In this document: in pieces, positions 36,358 through 45,774 of the stretch
Layout: every line of letters begins with the position of its first letter
How positions within the stretch are numbered: position 1 is the stretch's first letter
NCBI GenBank assembly: GCA_964505975.1
Contig: CAZDLW010000001.1
Coordinates: 25,576 to 89,575 of the forward strand
Source: an uncultured Bifidobacteriaceae bacterium
Lineage (GTDB): Bacteria; Acidobacteriota; Vicinamibacteria; Vicinamibacterales; UBA2999
DNA: 64,000 nt
Direction of reading: 5' to 3'
Program-made: the position numbers and the translations under genes
Notes under the pieces: generated by a model
The model's database searches: none
What the model saw: only the letters and a program-made list of their open reading frames with translations
Told to the model about the DNA's origin: nothing

Positions 36358-37404
36358 ATGACGATCCGTGTGATGCAGGTGGGACTGGGCCCGATTGGCA
36401 TGGCCATTGTGGAACAACTCGTGGCGCGCGCGGGGTTTCGGCTGGTGGGGGCCGTGGACCTCGATCCGGCCAAGACAGGCAAGGATGTCGGTCGTCTCAT
36501 CGGTCGCGAGCGTGCGCTCGGCGTGATCGTCACGGATCGCATCGACACAGTGGTCGAGCGTGCAAGACCCGATATCGCCGTCCTGTGTACGAGTTCCTCG
36601 CTCGAGCTGACACTGCCGGTGTTCGAGGCGGTCTTGAGGCGGTGCACGCCAATCGTCACCACCACTGAGGAGGCGGCCTATCCGGCTCCCGCCAACCGTG
36701 CTCTCGCCAGGCGGCTCGACGAAATGGCACGGAAGTCGGGCGTGGCGGTTCTCGGAACCGGAGTGAATCCGGGATTCATGATGGACGCACTGCCCATCGC
36801 CCTGACTGCCGTGTGCGAGCGCGTGGATTCGATAGAGGTGCATCGTGTCCAGGACGCACGTGTCCGGCGTCGTCCCTTCCAGCAGAAGATTGGCGCCGGG
36901 TTGACGCTCGACGAGTTTCGGCAGAAGGTCGCGAGCGGCGAAATCCGCCATGTTGGTTTCGCCGAGTCCATTCAGATGAGTGCCGACGCCCTCGGATGGA
37001 CGCTGGAGCAGGTAACGGACCAGGTGTCACCCAGGATTGCGGAACGCGCGGTCACGAGCGAGTGGTTTTCTGTTCCGGCCGGTGCGGTTTGCGGGATCGT
37101 GCAGAACGGCGTCGGGTATGTCGCGGGTGAGCCACGGATCAGATTGCGGCTGGAGGCGTATCTGGGTGCCGAGGCACCCTACGAATCCGTGATCATCGAG
37201 GGCGTGCCGCGAATTCATTCGCGAATCGACGGCGGTGTGCATGGCGATATCGCCACCGCCGCGATAGTGGTGAACTCGATCCCGGCGGTCATTGCCGCCG
37301 CCCCGGGCCTGCACACGATGCGTGACATGCGGCTGCCGTCCTTCTACCCCGGTGTGTCGTCTTCCACGCGGGCCAGGCAGCGACAGCCCCGCCAGTCGCG
37401 TTGA
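36358..37404 (+). CDS. Dihydrodipicolinate-reductase-like NAD(P)-dependent amine dehydrogenase family protein
   Basis: The N-terminal Rossmann segment is IRVMQVGLGPIGMAIV. Overall it resembles DapB-like or 2,4-diaminopentanoate-dehydrogenase-type proteins (from memory). Confidence 0.65.
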   Translation: MTIRVMQVGLGPIGMAIVEQLVARAGFRLVGAVDLDPAKTGKDVGRLIGRERALGVIVTDRIDTVVERARPDIAVLCTSSSLELTLPVFEAVLRRCTPIVTTTEEAAYPAPANRALARRLDEMARKSGVAVLGTGVNPGFMMDALPIALTAVCERVDSIEVHRVQDARVRRRPFQQKIGAGLTLDEFRQKVASGEIRHVGFAESIQMSADALGWTLEQVTDQVSPRIAERAVTSEWFSVPAGAVCGIVQNGVGYVAGEPRIRLRLEAYLGAEAPYESVIIEGVPRIHSRIDGGVHGDIATAAIVVNSIPAVIAAAPGLHTMRDMRLPSFYPGVSSSTRARQRQPRQSR

Positions 37405-37480
37405 AGGCCAGCGCCCGGGCTGCCGACCTGCTCGGCCATCTGAGGCGCAGCACCTTGCCAGCAGGAGGAGACGAAGACCC

Positions 37481-38623
37481 ATGCGAAGCCGCATCGCACT
37501 TGCCGTGCTCATCGTCGTGCTGGCGCTCGCGGGTTGGCTGATCGTCGGCCAGTACATTCGAGCTGCCAGCGTGCTCGTGCTGGCCGCGGAGATCGATGGA
37601 TGGCCGGAGGCCCTGTCTCGCCTCCACACGCGACCGGTAGAGCATCGAATGCTGGAGATTCCCACGAGGGATGGGGTGCTCCGCGCCCGCGAGTTCCATC
37701 CCGAGGGCCGCGTGCGGCGGACCGCCGTCCTGATTGCCGGTGTGCATCCGGCAGGCATCGACGATCCCCGGCTGGTGCACTTTGCCGAGAGCATCGCGGC
37801 AACGGGGATGGGCGTCGTCACTCCACAGCTGCCTGGTCTCGTGGAGTTCCAGATCGCCCCGTCGGCGACCGACATCATCGAAGACGTGACTGCCTGGGTC
37901 GCCAGTCAGCGACGTCTGGCCGCAGATGGCCGGGTGGGCCTCATCGGCATCAGCTTCAGCGGCGGTCTCTCGATCGTGGCCGCTGGACGAGCCGCGCTGC
38001 GTGAGCGGGTTGCGTTCGTGCTTTCCATAGGTGGACATGGGGACCTGGTGCGCACGCTCGATGTGATTGGCGGCGGCATCCTCTCCAACGAGGACGCAGG
38101 AGCCGTCGATCCATTCGGCCTCGCCATGGTCGTTGCGAGTGTCGCCGAACGCGCGGTGCCGCCCGATCAGGCGGGAGCGCTGCGTGAGTGGACACGCACC
38201 TATCTCGAAGCCGCACACCTGCCAACCCACGATGCCGCACGCGCGCAACTCTTCGCGCGCGCGGATCGGCTGCGCAACGACTTGCCCGAGCCGGCCGCCA
38301 CGCTCGTGTCACGGGTGCTGGCGAGCGACGTGGCTGCCCTGCGGCGGCAATTGTTGTCCGACGTCCGACGGCTCGCTGCCGATCCTGCGCTCTCTCCCGA
38401 GCGCGCTCCGGCGCCTGCCGCGCCGGTCTTTCTCCTGCACGGAACAGATGATCCCATCATCCCGCCGTCCGAGTCGCTGCTCCTCGCAGAGCACCTGCGG
38501 CTCCACGTCACCGTGCGCGTGCTTCTGACGCCGATCCTGAGCCATGCGGATGTCGAGTCGCATCTCACGATGCGCGATGCCGGCGCGCTCGTCGTGTTCC
38601 TGGCCGGCGTATGGCGGCAGTGA
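37481..38623 (+). CDS. Membrane-anchored alpha/beta hydrolase
   Basis: ATG 37481 within ORF 37292..38623 gives TM anchor MRSRIALAVLIVVLALAGWLIV. It has the nucleophile elbow GISFSGG and FLLHGTDDPIIP. Confidence 0.6.
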   Translation: MRSRIALAVLIVVLALAGWLIVGQYIRAASVLVLAAEIDGWPEALSRLHTRPVEHRMLEIPTRDGVLRAREFHPEGRVRRTAVLIAGVHPAGIDDPRLVHFAESIAATGMGVVTPQLPGLVEFQIAPSATDIIEDVTAWVASQRRLAADGRVGLIGISFSGGLSIVAAGRAALRERVAFVLSIGGHGDLVRTLDVIGGGILSNEDAGAVDPFGLAMVVASVAERAVPPDQAGALREWTRTYLEAAHLPTHDAARAQLFARADRLRNDLPEPAATLVSRVLASDVAALRRQLLSDVRRLAADPALSPERAPAPAAPVFLLHGTDDPIIPPSESLLLAEHLRLHVTVRVLLTPILSHADVESHLTMRDAGALVVFLAGVWRQ

Positions 38624-38756
38624 GACGTGAGACGGACGCGTCGGGCGAATCACAGTCTGTCTTCTGGAATTCTCGGAACAGCGTCGCCGCGGCCGTGCAC
38701 CTGCGCGCCGCAGTAGGCGAGTGTGTGTGGCATTGCCCTTGCTCTGACGGGGGGCC

Positions 38757-39035
38757 ATGAAACTTAGGGTCTCCAATCGACACGACGATCGCCGCACGAC
38801 CGTGTGCATGGTGCGGTGGGTACTCCGGCGCGGCATGGACGTGCTCACATGTCGTGTCGATGCGCACCTGGACCGCGCCAGGTTCGATGTCAGCCTCGTG
38901 CCGCACTGCAACATCGCTGCAGCGGCCATCGAGCTCGCTGATACTCCAACACGCGCCCTGCAACGGCACGCTGAAATCGCCATGCGTCTGCGTGACGCCG
39001 GATGGCTGATGATCGCACGCTCCGGCTCGCGGTAA
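38757..39035 (+). CDS. Small hypothetical protein (92 aa)
   Basis: ATG preceded by GACGGGGGG. Third-codon positions are G/C-rich like the neighbouring genes. No family recognised. Confidence 0.35.
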   Translation: MKLRVSNRHDDRRTTVCMVRWVLRRGMDVLTCRVDAHLDRARFDVSLVPHCNIAAAAIELADTPTRALQRHAEIAMRLRDAGWLMIARSGSR

Positions 39036-39138
39036 GGGGGCAGAGCCCCGTGCTCATTCGCTGCTGAGCCTCGGGTTCGGCCCATGCGTTCAACCTGCCC
39101 CCCGGTATCTGGCGCGTGCTTTGGGTACCCTCGGGCTG

Positions 39139-39945
39139 ATGCCACTGGCTGCCCGCACGCACGTCCGTATTGCTGCGCTGGGGGACCTCCACGTCTCCAG
39201 GACGTCACAGGGGTCGGTCCAGCAGATCTTCTCGCAGATGAGCGGCAGCGCCGACGTGCTGCTGCTGTGCGGCGACCTCACCGATTACGGCCTGCCAGAC
39301 GAGGCGCGCATTCTGGCGCGCGAGCTGACCGCGTCGGTGAAGATCCCCACGATTGCCGTCCTGGGGAACCACGAGTACGAGACGGGCAATCAGGACGAGG
39401 TGCGCCAGATCCTGCTGGACGCCGGTGTGACGGTACTCGATGGCGAGGCCACCGAAATCCACGGTGTCGGATTCGCAGGCGCGAAGGGATTTGCCGGAGG
39501 GTTCGGGCGCGGGGCGCTCGGACCGTGGGGCGAACCGGCCATCAAGCAGTTCGTCCAGACCGCGGTCGACGAAGCCTTGAAGCTGGAAGCCGCGCTCGCC
39601 AGGCTGCGTACGCATCGGCGTGTCGCGGTGCTGCACTACTCGCCGGTGAGGACCACGGTGGAAGGAGAGCCCGCCGAGATTTTCGCCTACCTCGGCTCCA
39701 GTCGTCTCGAAGAGCCCATCAACCGCTATCGGGTCAGTGCCGTCTTTCACGGGCACGCACACCGAGGCACGGCGGAGGGCCGAACGGCAACCGGCATTCC
39801 GGTCTACAACGTTGCCATGCCGCTGCTGGCTCGCCTCAATCCGCACCGGCCGCCGTATCTCGTCCTCGATCTCCCGCTCGATGGTGAGCCGCTGCCCCGC
39901 GGCGATCAGTCAACGGTGCCGCCCTCGTCGCATCGCCTTCCGTGA
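39139..39945 (+). CDS. Calcineurin-like metallophosphoesterase
   Basis: Motifs ALGDLH, CGDLTDYG, LGNHEYE, FHGHAHRG. ATG 39139 is chosen over the TTG at 39121. Confidence 0.8.
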   Translation: MPLAARTHVRIAALGDLHVSRTSQGSVQQIFSQMSGSADVLLLCGDLTDYGLPDEARILARELTASVKIPTIAVLGNHEYETGNQDEVRQILLDAGVTVLDGEATEIHGVGFAGAKGFAGGFGRGALGPWGEPAIKQFVQTAVDEALKLEAALARLRTHRRVAVLHYSPVRTTVEGEPAEIFAYLGSSRLEEPINRYRVSAVFHGHAHRGTAEGRTATGIPVYNVAMPLLARLNPHRPPYLVLDLPLDGEPLPRGDQSTVPPSSHRLP

Positions 39946-40006
39946 GGTCCGACGCCTGAAACCGGCGCGAATCGTGCACATGTCGTCTCAGCGACACAGG
40001 TGACAT

Positions 40007-40813
40007 GTGCCCGACACTGAGACGCCGCTGTTGACGACGCCACATAATGCCGAGCTGTACCGCACGGCGCTCGAGATGCTCAATCGCAGCGGCGTGCCGT
40101 ACTTGGTGGGTGGCGCCTATGCGTTCCAGTACTACGCGGGCATCTCCCGGGCGACGAAGGACTTCGACATCTTCGTGCGCCCCCGGGACGTGCAGCGCGC
40201 GCTCGACGTGCTCACGCGCGCGGGGTTCAGGACTGAAATCGCGTTCACCCACTGGCTCGCCAAAGCCCGCTATGGCGACAAGTTCATCGACGTCATCTAC
40301 AACTCTGGCAACGGCGTCGCCGAAGTGGACGACGAGTGGTTCGCGCACGCCGTCGACGAGCACGTGCTCGGCGTTCCCGTGAAGCTCTGTCCTGCCGAGG
40401 AGACCATCTGGTCGAAAGCCCTTATCATGGAGCGGGAACGCTACGACGGAGCCGACGTGGCGCACCTCGTTCGGCATTGCAGCGGGCTGCTGAACTGGGC
40501 CCGACTCATCAGACGTTTCGGACCGCACTGGCGCGTCCTCTTCAGCCATCTCGTGTTGTTCGGATTCATCTACCCGGGTGAGCGCTCGCTCATCCCGTCG
40601 ACCGTCATCAAGGATCTGGTCAACAGGCTGCTCGCGGAGCTCGAGGTGCCGACCCGCAACAGCAAGGTGTGCCAGGGAACGTTGCTGTCCCGGGCGCAGT
40701 ACCTCGTGGACGTGGACGAGTGGGGGTATGAGGATGCGCGCCTGCAACCGCGCGGGCGTCTCACGGAGCAGCAGATCGCAGAATGGAGCGCGGCAATCGA
40801 CACGTCGCAGTAG
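40007..40813 (+). CDS. Pol-beta-fold nucleotidyltransferase family protein
   Basis: GTG start. VGGAYAFQYY...KDFDIFV fits the hG[GS]...[DE]x[DE] nucleotidyltransferase signature. Confidence 0.65.
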   Translation: MPDTETPLLTTPHNAELYRTALEMLNRSGVPYLVGGAYAFQYYAGISRATKDFDIFVRPRDVQRALDVLTRAGFRTEIAFTHWLAKARYGDKFIDVIYNSGNGVAEVDDEWFAHAVDEHVLGVPVKLCPAEETIWSKALIMERERYDGADVAHLVRHCSGLLNWARLIRRFGPHWRVLFSHLVLFGFIYPGERSLIPSTVIKDLVNRLLAELEVPTRNSKVCQGTLLSRAQYLVDVDEWGYEDARLQPRGRLTEQQIAEWSAAIDTSQ

Positions 40814-40963
40814 AGCGGTAGAGATTCTCCCCTGGCGCACAGCGCCCGGACGGCAGGGGCCGGGGGCAGACTCACGCCGTCGCGATCGCAAGAGGAGACC
40901 GCCCGCCTTCGGGGAATGGGGAGAAGATGAACGACGAAGTGCCTACGTGACCCGGTGGTCGGC

Positions 40964-41341
40964 TCAGTGACTGGCACCCGTCACGAGCAGGTGGTCCGTG
41001 GCAACGCCGCGCACTCGGCTACCGCTGGAAAGCACCTCCGCGCGCAGCGTGTAGCGCCCGGCTGGCAGATTCCTGAACTCGATGGTGTGGAAGCGTCGGT
41101 CGGTGTCGCCTTCGAGCAGCACTTCCGTCGAGCGAAAGAGGCGTTCGCTGTCGGCCTCGACGCGCAACACTCTGTTCTCGGCATCCGGTTCGACGGTCAC
41201 CGCGATTTGCACGGTGGCCGGTTCGGTGAAGTAATGTCCACGGATCCGGAGTTCCACCGGCTGGCTCGCCGCGGCCATGCAGGTGGCGGCAATCATCAAC
41301 GCCGCGGTGAGGACGCTGGCGCGAGTCAGTCGATCATTCAT
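40964..41341 (-). CDS. Small secreted hypothetical protein
   Basis: ATG 41341 gives signal peptide MNDRLTRASVLTAALMIAATCMAAA. The rest is beta-rich (Ig-like?). Confidence 0.5.
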   Translation of the reverse strand: MNDRLTRASVLTAALMIAATCMAAASQPVELRIRGHYFTEPATVQIAVTVEPDAENRVLRVEADSERLFRSTEVLLEGDTDRRFHTIEFRNLPAGRYTLRAEVLSSGSRVRGVATDHLLVTGASH

Positions 41342-41417
41342 GGCAATCAACTTAGCAAACGGAATGCCAGAGGTGTGCAGTCTACCACGCCCCGTCCTTC
41401 TGGTGCCCGCCACTACA

Positions 41418-41785
41418 CTAAGTCACTGTTGTCGCTCGAGGATCCAGCACCTCCACGCCGGCGGCGGCACGCTCGACCATGGCGTCGATGAACAGATTGG
41501 CAGCCTTGCCTGGCTCGAAGATGTAGGCCTCGATTGACGGACAGCTGGGCACGTTGGATGGCGATCCCGCATGGCCGGGTAGAACTGGGCACCGTTTGCG
41601 AAGATGTGCACCGCGTTGTCGTAATGGAAGGCTGCGTCACAGGTTGCCTGGATGACGTGGAGGAAGTCCTGGCTGTCGGGGCGGAACGGCGTGGTGACGT
41701 GGTAGTCGATCCGCGGCGTGAACAGCGTGACGAGTACCAGCCAGACGACGAACACCAGGCCGATGGCCGCCCAGATCCAGTCCAC
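41418..41785 (-). pseudogene. Cardiolipin-synthase/PLD-family gene remnant (N-terminal ~120 codons, two frameshifts, truncated)
   Basis: A TM N-terminus VDWIWAAIGLVFVVWLVLV is followed by ...IFANGAQFYPAMRD. The homologous text continues as AIQRAQLSVN in a second frame (shift near 41560-41563). It then continues as EAYIFEPGKAANLFIDAMVERAAAGVEV in a third frame (shift at ~41532) and stops at TAG 41418-41420. Confidence 0.65.
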
Positions 41786-41786
41786 G

Positions 41787-44663
41787 TCACCGTGCCTCGA
41801 GCAGTGCGATCGGGAACAGCTCGAACACGTCCCCGGCTCGAATCGTCGCGCGGCCGTCCTCGTGGTGGATGGCGACGCACTGATCGGTGAACACGTTCCG
41901 GTACTCGGCCCGACCCGTCGAGGGAACGACCAGTTGCGTTTCGCCCCAGATGGATTCCCCGAGCGGCGGCACGCCGGAGTCCGGCAGCAGCGTCGCCACC
42001 AGTCGGGGTACGGCCACGATCAGGTGCTCGTCACCAAGGATCCTGGCGAATGCGAAGAGGTGATCCTTGCGCGCGCCGTCTCCGAGGACCGGCTCGTATC
42101 CACCGCGCTCGAAGAGGTCCCGTCGCGCCCGCCTGAACCGGAGCAGCGCCGTCGTCGCGTAGAGTTTCAGTCGATCGTCGGAGGCGTCCAGCACGCGCGA
42201 CGCCAGGCTGGCGGCGCCCTCCTCCCGCAGCGCTGCGTCGAGGTCCGCCAGCAGCGCCCGTCGCCGCTCGTAATCCACCGGCCGCCGGTTGTCCGGATCG
42301 ACGAGACTGAAGTCCCACAGCTCCGTCCCCTGGTAGAAGTCCGGCACGCCAGGAGCGCCAACTTTGACGGCGACCTGCGCAAGCGAGTTGAGTCGTCCGT
42401 ACCTGCTGACGCGGTCCTGAAACTCGATGAAGTCGTTCCGAAAGACTGTATGGTCCGGAGCGAGGACGGCGTGCACGAAGCGGGTCATTGCCTCCTCGTG
42501 CGGCTGGCTTGGATTGATCCAGCTCGTATAGACCTTGGCTTCGCGCATGGCCTTCGTCATGTAGGCCGCAAGGCGGTCACGGTACTCCCGCTCCTGTTCG
42601 ATGGTCATCGGGTCGAGCGGCCAGGACCCCACGAGCGTCTGGTAGAGCAGGTATTCCTCGTTCCGGCTGGGATAGGGCTGTCCGTCGACGACGGACCGGG
42701 CGCGCCGGTTGGCGCGCGCCCAGCGTGAAAGGGCTTGTTTCCAGGCCGCTGGAATCTCGGACAGGACGTTCAGCCGCGCCCTGACGTCCTCGCTGCGCTT
42801 GGTGTCGTGGGTGGAGGTCGCCGACAGACCGTGCGGCCAGCGCTCGCTCCGGATCGAGAGCCACTCGTGCAGGCTGCCCGGAGTGTTCCCGAAATGGTCC
42901 GGCTCGCCTCCCACTTCGTTGAGCGAGACGAGCCGGTTGTAGATGTAGAGCGCCGTGTCCTCGATGCCTTTCGCGGTGACGGGACTGGTCACCTGCTGGA
43001 ACCTGCCCACGAAGCGCATGTGCTCGTCGCGCTCCGCATCCGGAATGTAGTCTGCCTTCTTCAGGAGCAGATCGCGCACGAACTCGTACACCGTCGGCGG
43101 CCGGTTCGGGTTCCGCCGCTCGGCCTCCCGCATCGCGCGCGCGACGTACGACCGGTCGCGCTCGCTCATGTCGGGCTCGCGATCGTTCACATAGGTGCGG
43201 TAGACGGGAAAGCACGCGATAATCTCGCGCATCGCTTGGTTCAGGCTGTTCAGCGTGAAGTCGCGGTAGTGCCGATTGCGCTCGGAAAAGCGGTCCAGCC
43301 GGTAGGCCAGCACGTTGAGCTCGCTGGCCATGCTGACCCGCAGCATGAGCTGCTTGCCTCGATACACGATCTCGCGATACGGGACACGGAGCCGCGTGAA
43401 TCGCTCGTACACCTCGTTGATGGCACGTTCGTGACGGGTCTCGACGAACAACCCGTTCAGTCGGACGAGAAAGTCGTAGCCGGTCGTGCCCTCCACGGGC
43501 CAGTCCGGCAGCGTCTCGTCCAGACCAAGGATCTTCTCCACGATGACGTACGGCCGGCCGGCCGCATAGGCGTCCGGCCGGAGCTCGCGCGCTCGGGTCT
43601 GCAGCCGCACGAGGTAGTCGCCCGGATCGTAGAGACCGTCGACGTGATCGACGCGGAACCCGTCGATGCAGCCCTGCTGGAACAGCTCGAACACGAACTG
43701 GTGCGCGAGCTCGAAGATCGCCGGATCCTCCATACGGATGGCGGCGAGCTCGTTGATGTCGAAGAACCGCCGGTAGTTGATTTCTTCGGCGGCCACGCGC
43801 CAGTACGCCAGGCGGTACGGCTGGGCGTCGAGCAGAGCGTCCAAGGCGTCGAAGCTGCGCGGCTGCCCCGGGGTGCCGTTGAGCTCCGTCACGATACGGT
43901 TGACGTGGGCGAGCACCTGCGGCGCGCGCTGGGTCAGTGCGGCGAGGCGGCGCTTGATGACCTCCTTTTCGCGATCGCGCTCGGCCAGCAGCTCCGGTTC
44001 CTGTGTGTGCCGCGGAGGCAGATGCCGAATCGCCGTGAGAATGCTGAGGAACTCGATGCCGTCCGGGCTGTTGCGCTCGATGGCGTCGAGCAGGCCGTCC
44101 TGACCAAGGCGCAGGATGATGTCGTACGTCCCTGGCGCGACCGGGAACACCTGCTCGAAGTACCGCACGTAGAAGGCGCCGTTTCGATGTTCGAGCGTGA
44201 GCTCCTGCCGCTCCAGCACTGCGCCGTACGCATCGCCCAGCACCGGCAGCAGCACCTTCTGCTCCAGTTCCGGCTTGATCGGGCTCCAGTCGATGTCGAA
44301 GACGGAGGCGTATCGGGAGCTGGGGCCGTTCTCCAGAACGTCCTGCCACCAGGGGTTTGCCGAGTAAGCAATGCCCATGTGATTGGGCACGAGGTCGATG
44401 ATGTGGCCCATGTCACGCTCGCGTAGCGCAGCGATCCATGCCCTGTACGTGGTGAGGTCGCCGATCTCCGGATTGAGTCGGGTGGGATCGACGACGTCGT
44501 ACCCATGTGTGCTTCCCGGCACGGCCTTCAGGTAGCTCGACGCGTAGCAGTGAGAGATGCCAAGTGCATCGAGATAGTCCACGAGGCGTGTTGCGGCGTC
44601 GAAGGTGAAGCTGGCGTTGAACTGCAGCCGATACGTCGCGAGCGGAATCGTGGGTCCGGACAC
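41787..44663 (-). CDS. treY: Maltooligosyl-trehalose synthase
   Basis: 958 aa. The N-terminus is PLATYRLQFNASFTFDAATRLVDYLDALGISHCYASSYLKA, with GH13-like blocks throughout. Confidence 0.9.
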   Translation of the reverse strand: MSGPTIPLATYRLQFNASFTFDAATRLVDYLDALGISHCYASSYLKAVPGSTHGYDVVDPTRLNPEIGDLTTYRAWIAALRERDMGHIIDLVPNHMGIAYSANPWWQDVLENGPSSRYASVFDIDWSPIKPELEQKVLLPVLGDAYGAVLERQELTLEHRNGAFYVRYFEQVFPVAPGTYDIILRLGQDGLLDAIERNSPDGIEFLSILTAIRHLPPRHTQEPELLAERDREKEVIKRRLAALTQRAPQVLAHVNRIVTELNGTPGQPRSFDALDALLDAQPYRLAYWRVAAEEINYRRFFDINELAAIRMEDPAIFELAHQFVFELFQQGCIDGFRVDHVDGLYDPGDYLVRLQTRARELRPDAYAAGRPYVIVEKILGLDETLPDWPVEGTTGYDFLVRLNGLFVETRHERAINEVYERFTRLRVPYREIVYRGKQLMLRVSMASELNVLAYRLDRFSERNRHYRDFTLNSLNQAMREIIACFPVYRTYVNDREPDMSERDRSYVARAMREAERRNPNRPPTVYEFVRDLLLKKADYIPDAERDEHMRFVGRFQQVTSPVTAKGIEDTALYIYNRLVSLNEVGGEPDHFGNTPGSLHEWLSIRSERWPHGLSATSTHDTKRSEDVRARLNVLSEIPAAWKQALSRWARANRRARSVVDGQPYPSRNEEYLLYQTLVGSWPLDPMTIEQEREYRDRLAAYMTKAMREAKVYTSWINPSQPHEEAMTRFVHAVLAPDHTVFRNDFIEFQDRVSRYGRLNSLAQVAVKVGAPGVPDFYQGTELWDFSLVDPDNRRPVDYERRRALLADLDAALREEGAASLASRVLDASDDRLKLYATTALLRFRRARRDLFERGGYEPVLGDGARKDHLFAFARILGDEHLIVAVPRLVATLLPDSGVPPLGESIWGETQLVVPSTGRAEYRNVFTDQCVAIHHEDGRATIRAGDVFELFPIALLEAR

Positions 44664-44755
44664 AGGTCAGCCCAGCCGGATTCGAGGTTCAACAGTCGAG
44701 CCGAGTGCCCACATCATCGGGTCATCTTACGGGAACTCGACGGGAAAGCAGCCAC

Positions 44756-44810
44756 GGGGCTCCGCCTCACGTCCTTCGACCGTTGCTCAGGGTCGCGGGT
44801 CGAGGGGGTG
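44756..44810 (+). repeat. Solitary unit related to the 48856-49030 tandem repeat
   Basis: GGGGCTCCGCCTCAC-GTCCTTCGACCGTTGCTCAGGGTCGCGGGTCGAGGG shares the GTCCTTCGAC..GCTC.GG...GGTCGA core. Confidence 0.5.
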
Positions 44811-44883
44811 GCCACTGACGAACGCGCCCTCGGGTGCTTCGGGCGGCGAGCGACAAGGCACGCGTGGATCGGTCTCGGCAGGC

Positions 44884-45228
44884 TCAGGGCCGCCGCCGTC
44901 GGCGGGGACCCGTTTCGGGCGGAGCAGCCCACTCGACCAGGGTCTCGAGCGAGGCCAGCGCGTCACGAACCTGCGACGCCTGTCGCGAACTGAGGTGGGG
45001 ACGGTCGGTCTGGAGGCCGAGCAGATCGGCGAGGCTGACGCCGAGCGCGTCACTGAGCGCCCCGAGCGTGGTCAGCGTCGGATTGCCGCGTCCACGTTCC
45101 ACCTGGCCGATGATCTTGTGGCTGAGACCGGCCCGTTCGGCCAACTGCTCCTGCGTCAGGCGCTGTGCCTGGCGCAGCTGCTTCAGGCGGGCACCAACCT
45201 GGCCGCGAAGGTCTGTCACCCGCGACAC
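44884..45228 (-). CDS. XRE-family helix-turn-helix transcriptional regulator
   Basis: LKQLRQAQRLTQEQLAERAGLSHKIIGQVERGRGNPTLTTL is a classic HTH_3 motif. Confidence 0.8.
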   Translation of the reverse strand: MSRVTDLRGQVGARLKQLRQAQRLTQEQLAERAGLSHKIIGQVERGRGNPTLTTLGALSDALGVSLADLLGLQTDRPHLSSRQASQVRDALASLETLVEWAAPPETGPRRRRRP

Positions 45229-45319
45229 CTCCGGCAGGCAGTATGGCCAGCGGCCTCCTGACGGTGAACCCCTTACAAATCTGTTGACCAGGAACTATAG
45301 TGCCTGTCATCGTCGTCCC

Positions 45320-45673
45320 GTGGGGACCCCGCGACGCCGCGTGCTGGTGGTGGATGAAGACCCGATCATACGTGTGGCCATCGATCGCCAGCTCGAGATG
45401 CTCGGGTGGCAGGCGATCTGTGTGAACAACGGCATGGAGGCCGTTCACGCTGCGGAGCTGGGCGTGACGGTCGACGTCCTGCTGACGGACCTGCAGCCAG
45501 GGGGTCTCCATGGGACGACGGTCGCCTCCGCGGTGGCCCGCTATGTGCCGGATCTACGGGTGGTGTTCATGGGACAGGCTGCCTCCCCGGCGCCGGACGT
45601 TCACGTCCTCGTGAAGCCATTCTCCACGAGACGCCTGGCTGAGGCGTTGGCCGCGGCGGTCCGCCTCCGGTAA
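45320..45673 (+). CDS. Stand-alone CheY-like receiver protein
   Basis: In-frame GTG 45320 within ORF 44834..45673. Motifs VLVVDEDP, LLTDLQ, VKPF. The start is uncertain. Confidence 0.6.
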   Translation: MGTPRRRVLVVDEDPIIRVAIDRQLEMLGWQAICVNNGMEAVHAAELGVTVDVLLTDLQPGGLHGTTVASAVARYVPDLRVVFMGQAASPAPDVHVLVKPFSTRRLAEALAAAVRLR

Positions 45674-45774
45674 CGTGTCCTGCGCGATACCACGAACGGC
45701 AGGTCGAGGAGCCTGGCTCATTGTGCACGAATTCCGACCGGTCAAGCCGGCCGGGTGCGGATCCTCGTGGCTGC

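Noticed and set aside
39139-40813. Nucleotidyltransferase + phosphoesterase considered as a CBASS-like anti-phage module
   Set aside because: The nucleotidyltransferase is short (268 aa) and does not look CD-NTase-like by eye. There is no effector with a nucleotide-sensing domain and no mobile or defence-island context. It is kept only as a low-interest finding.
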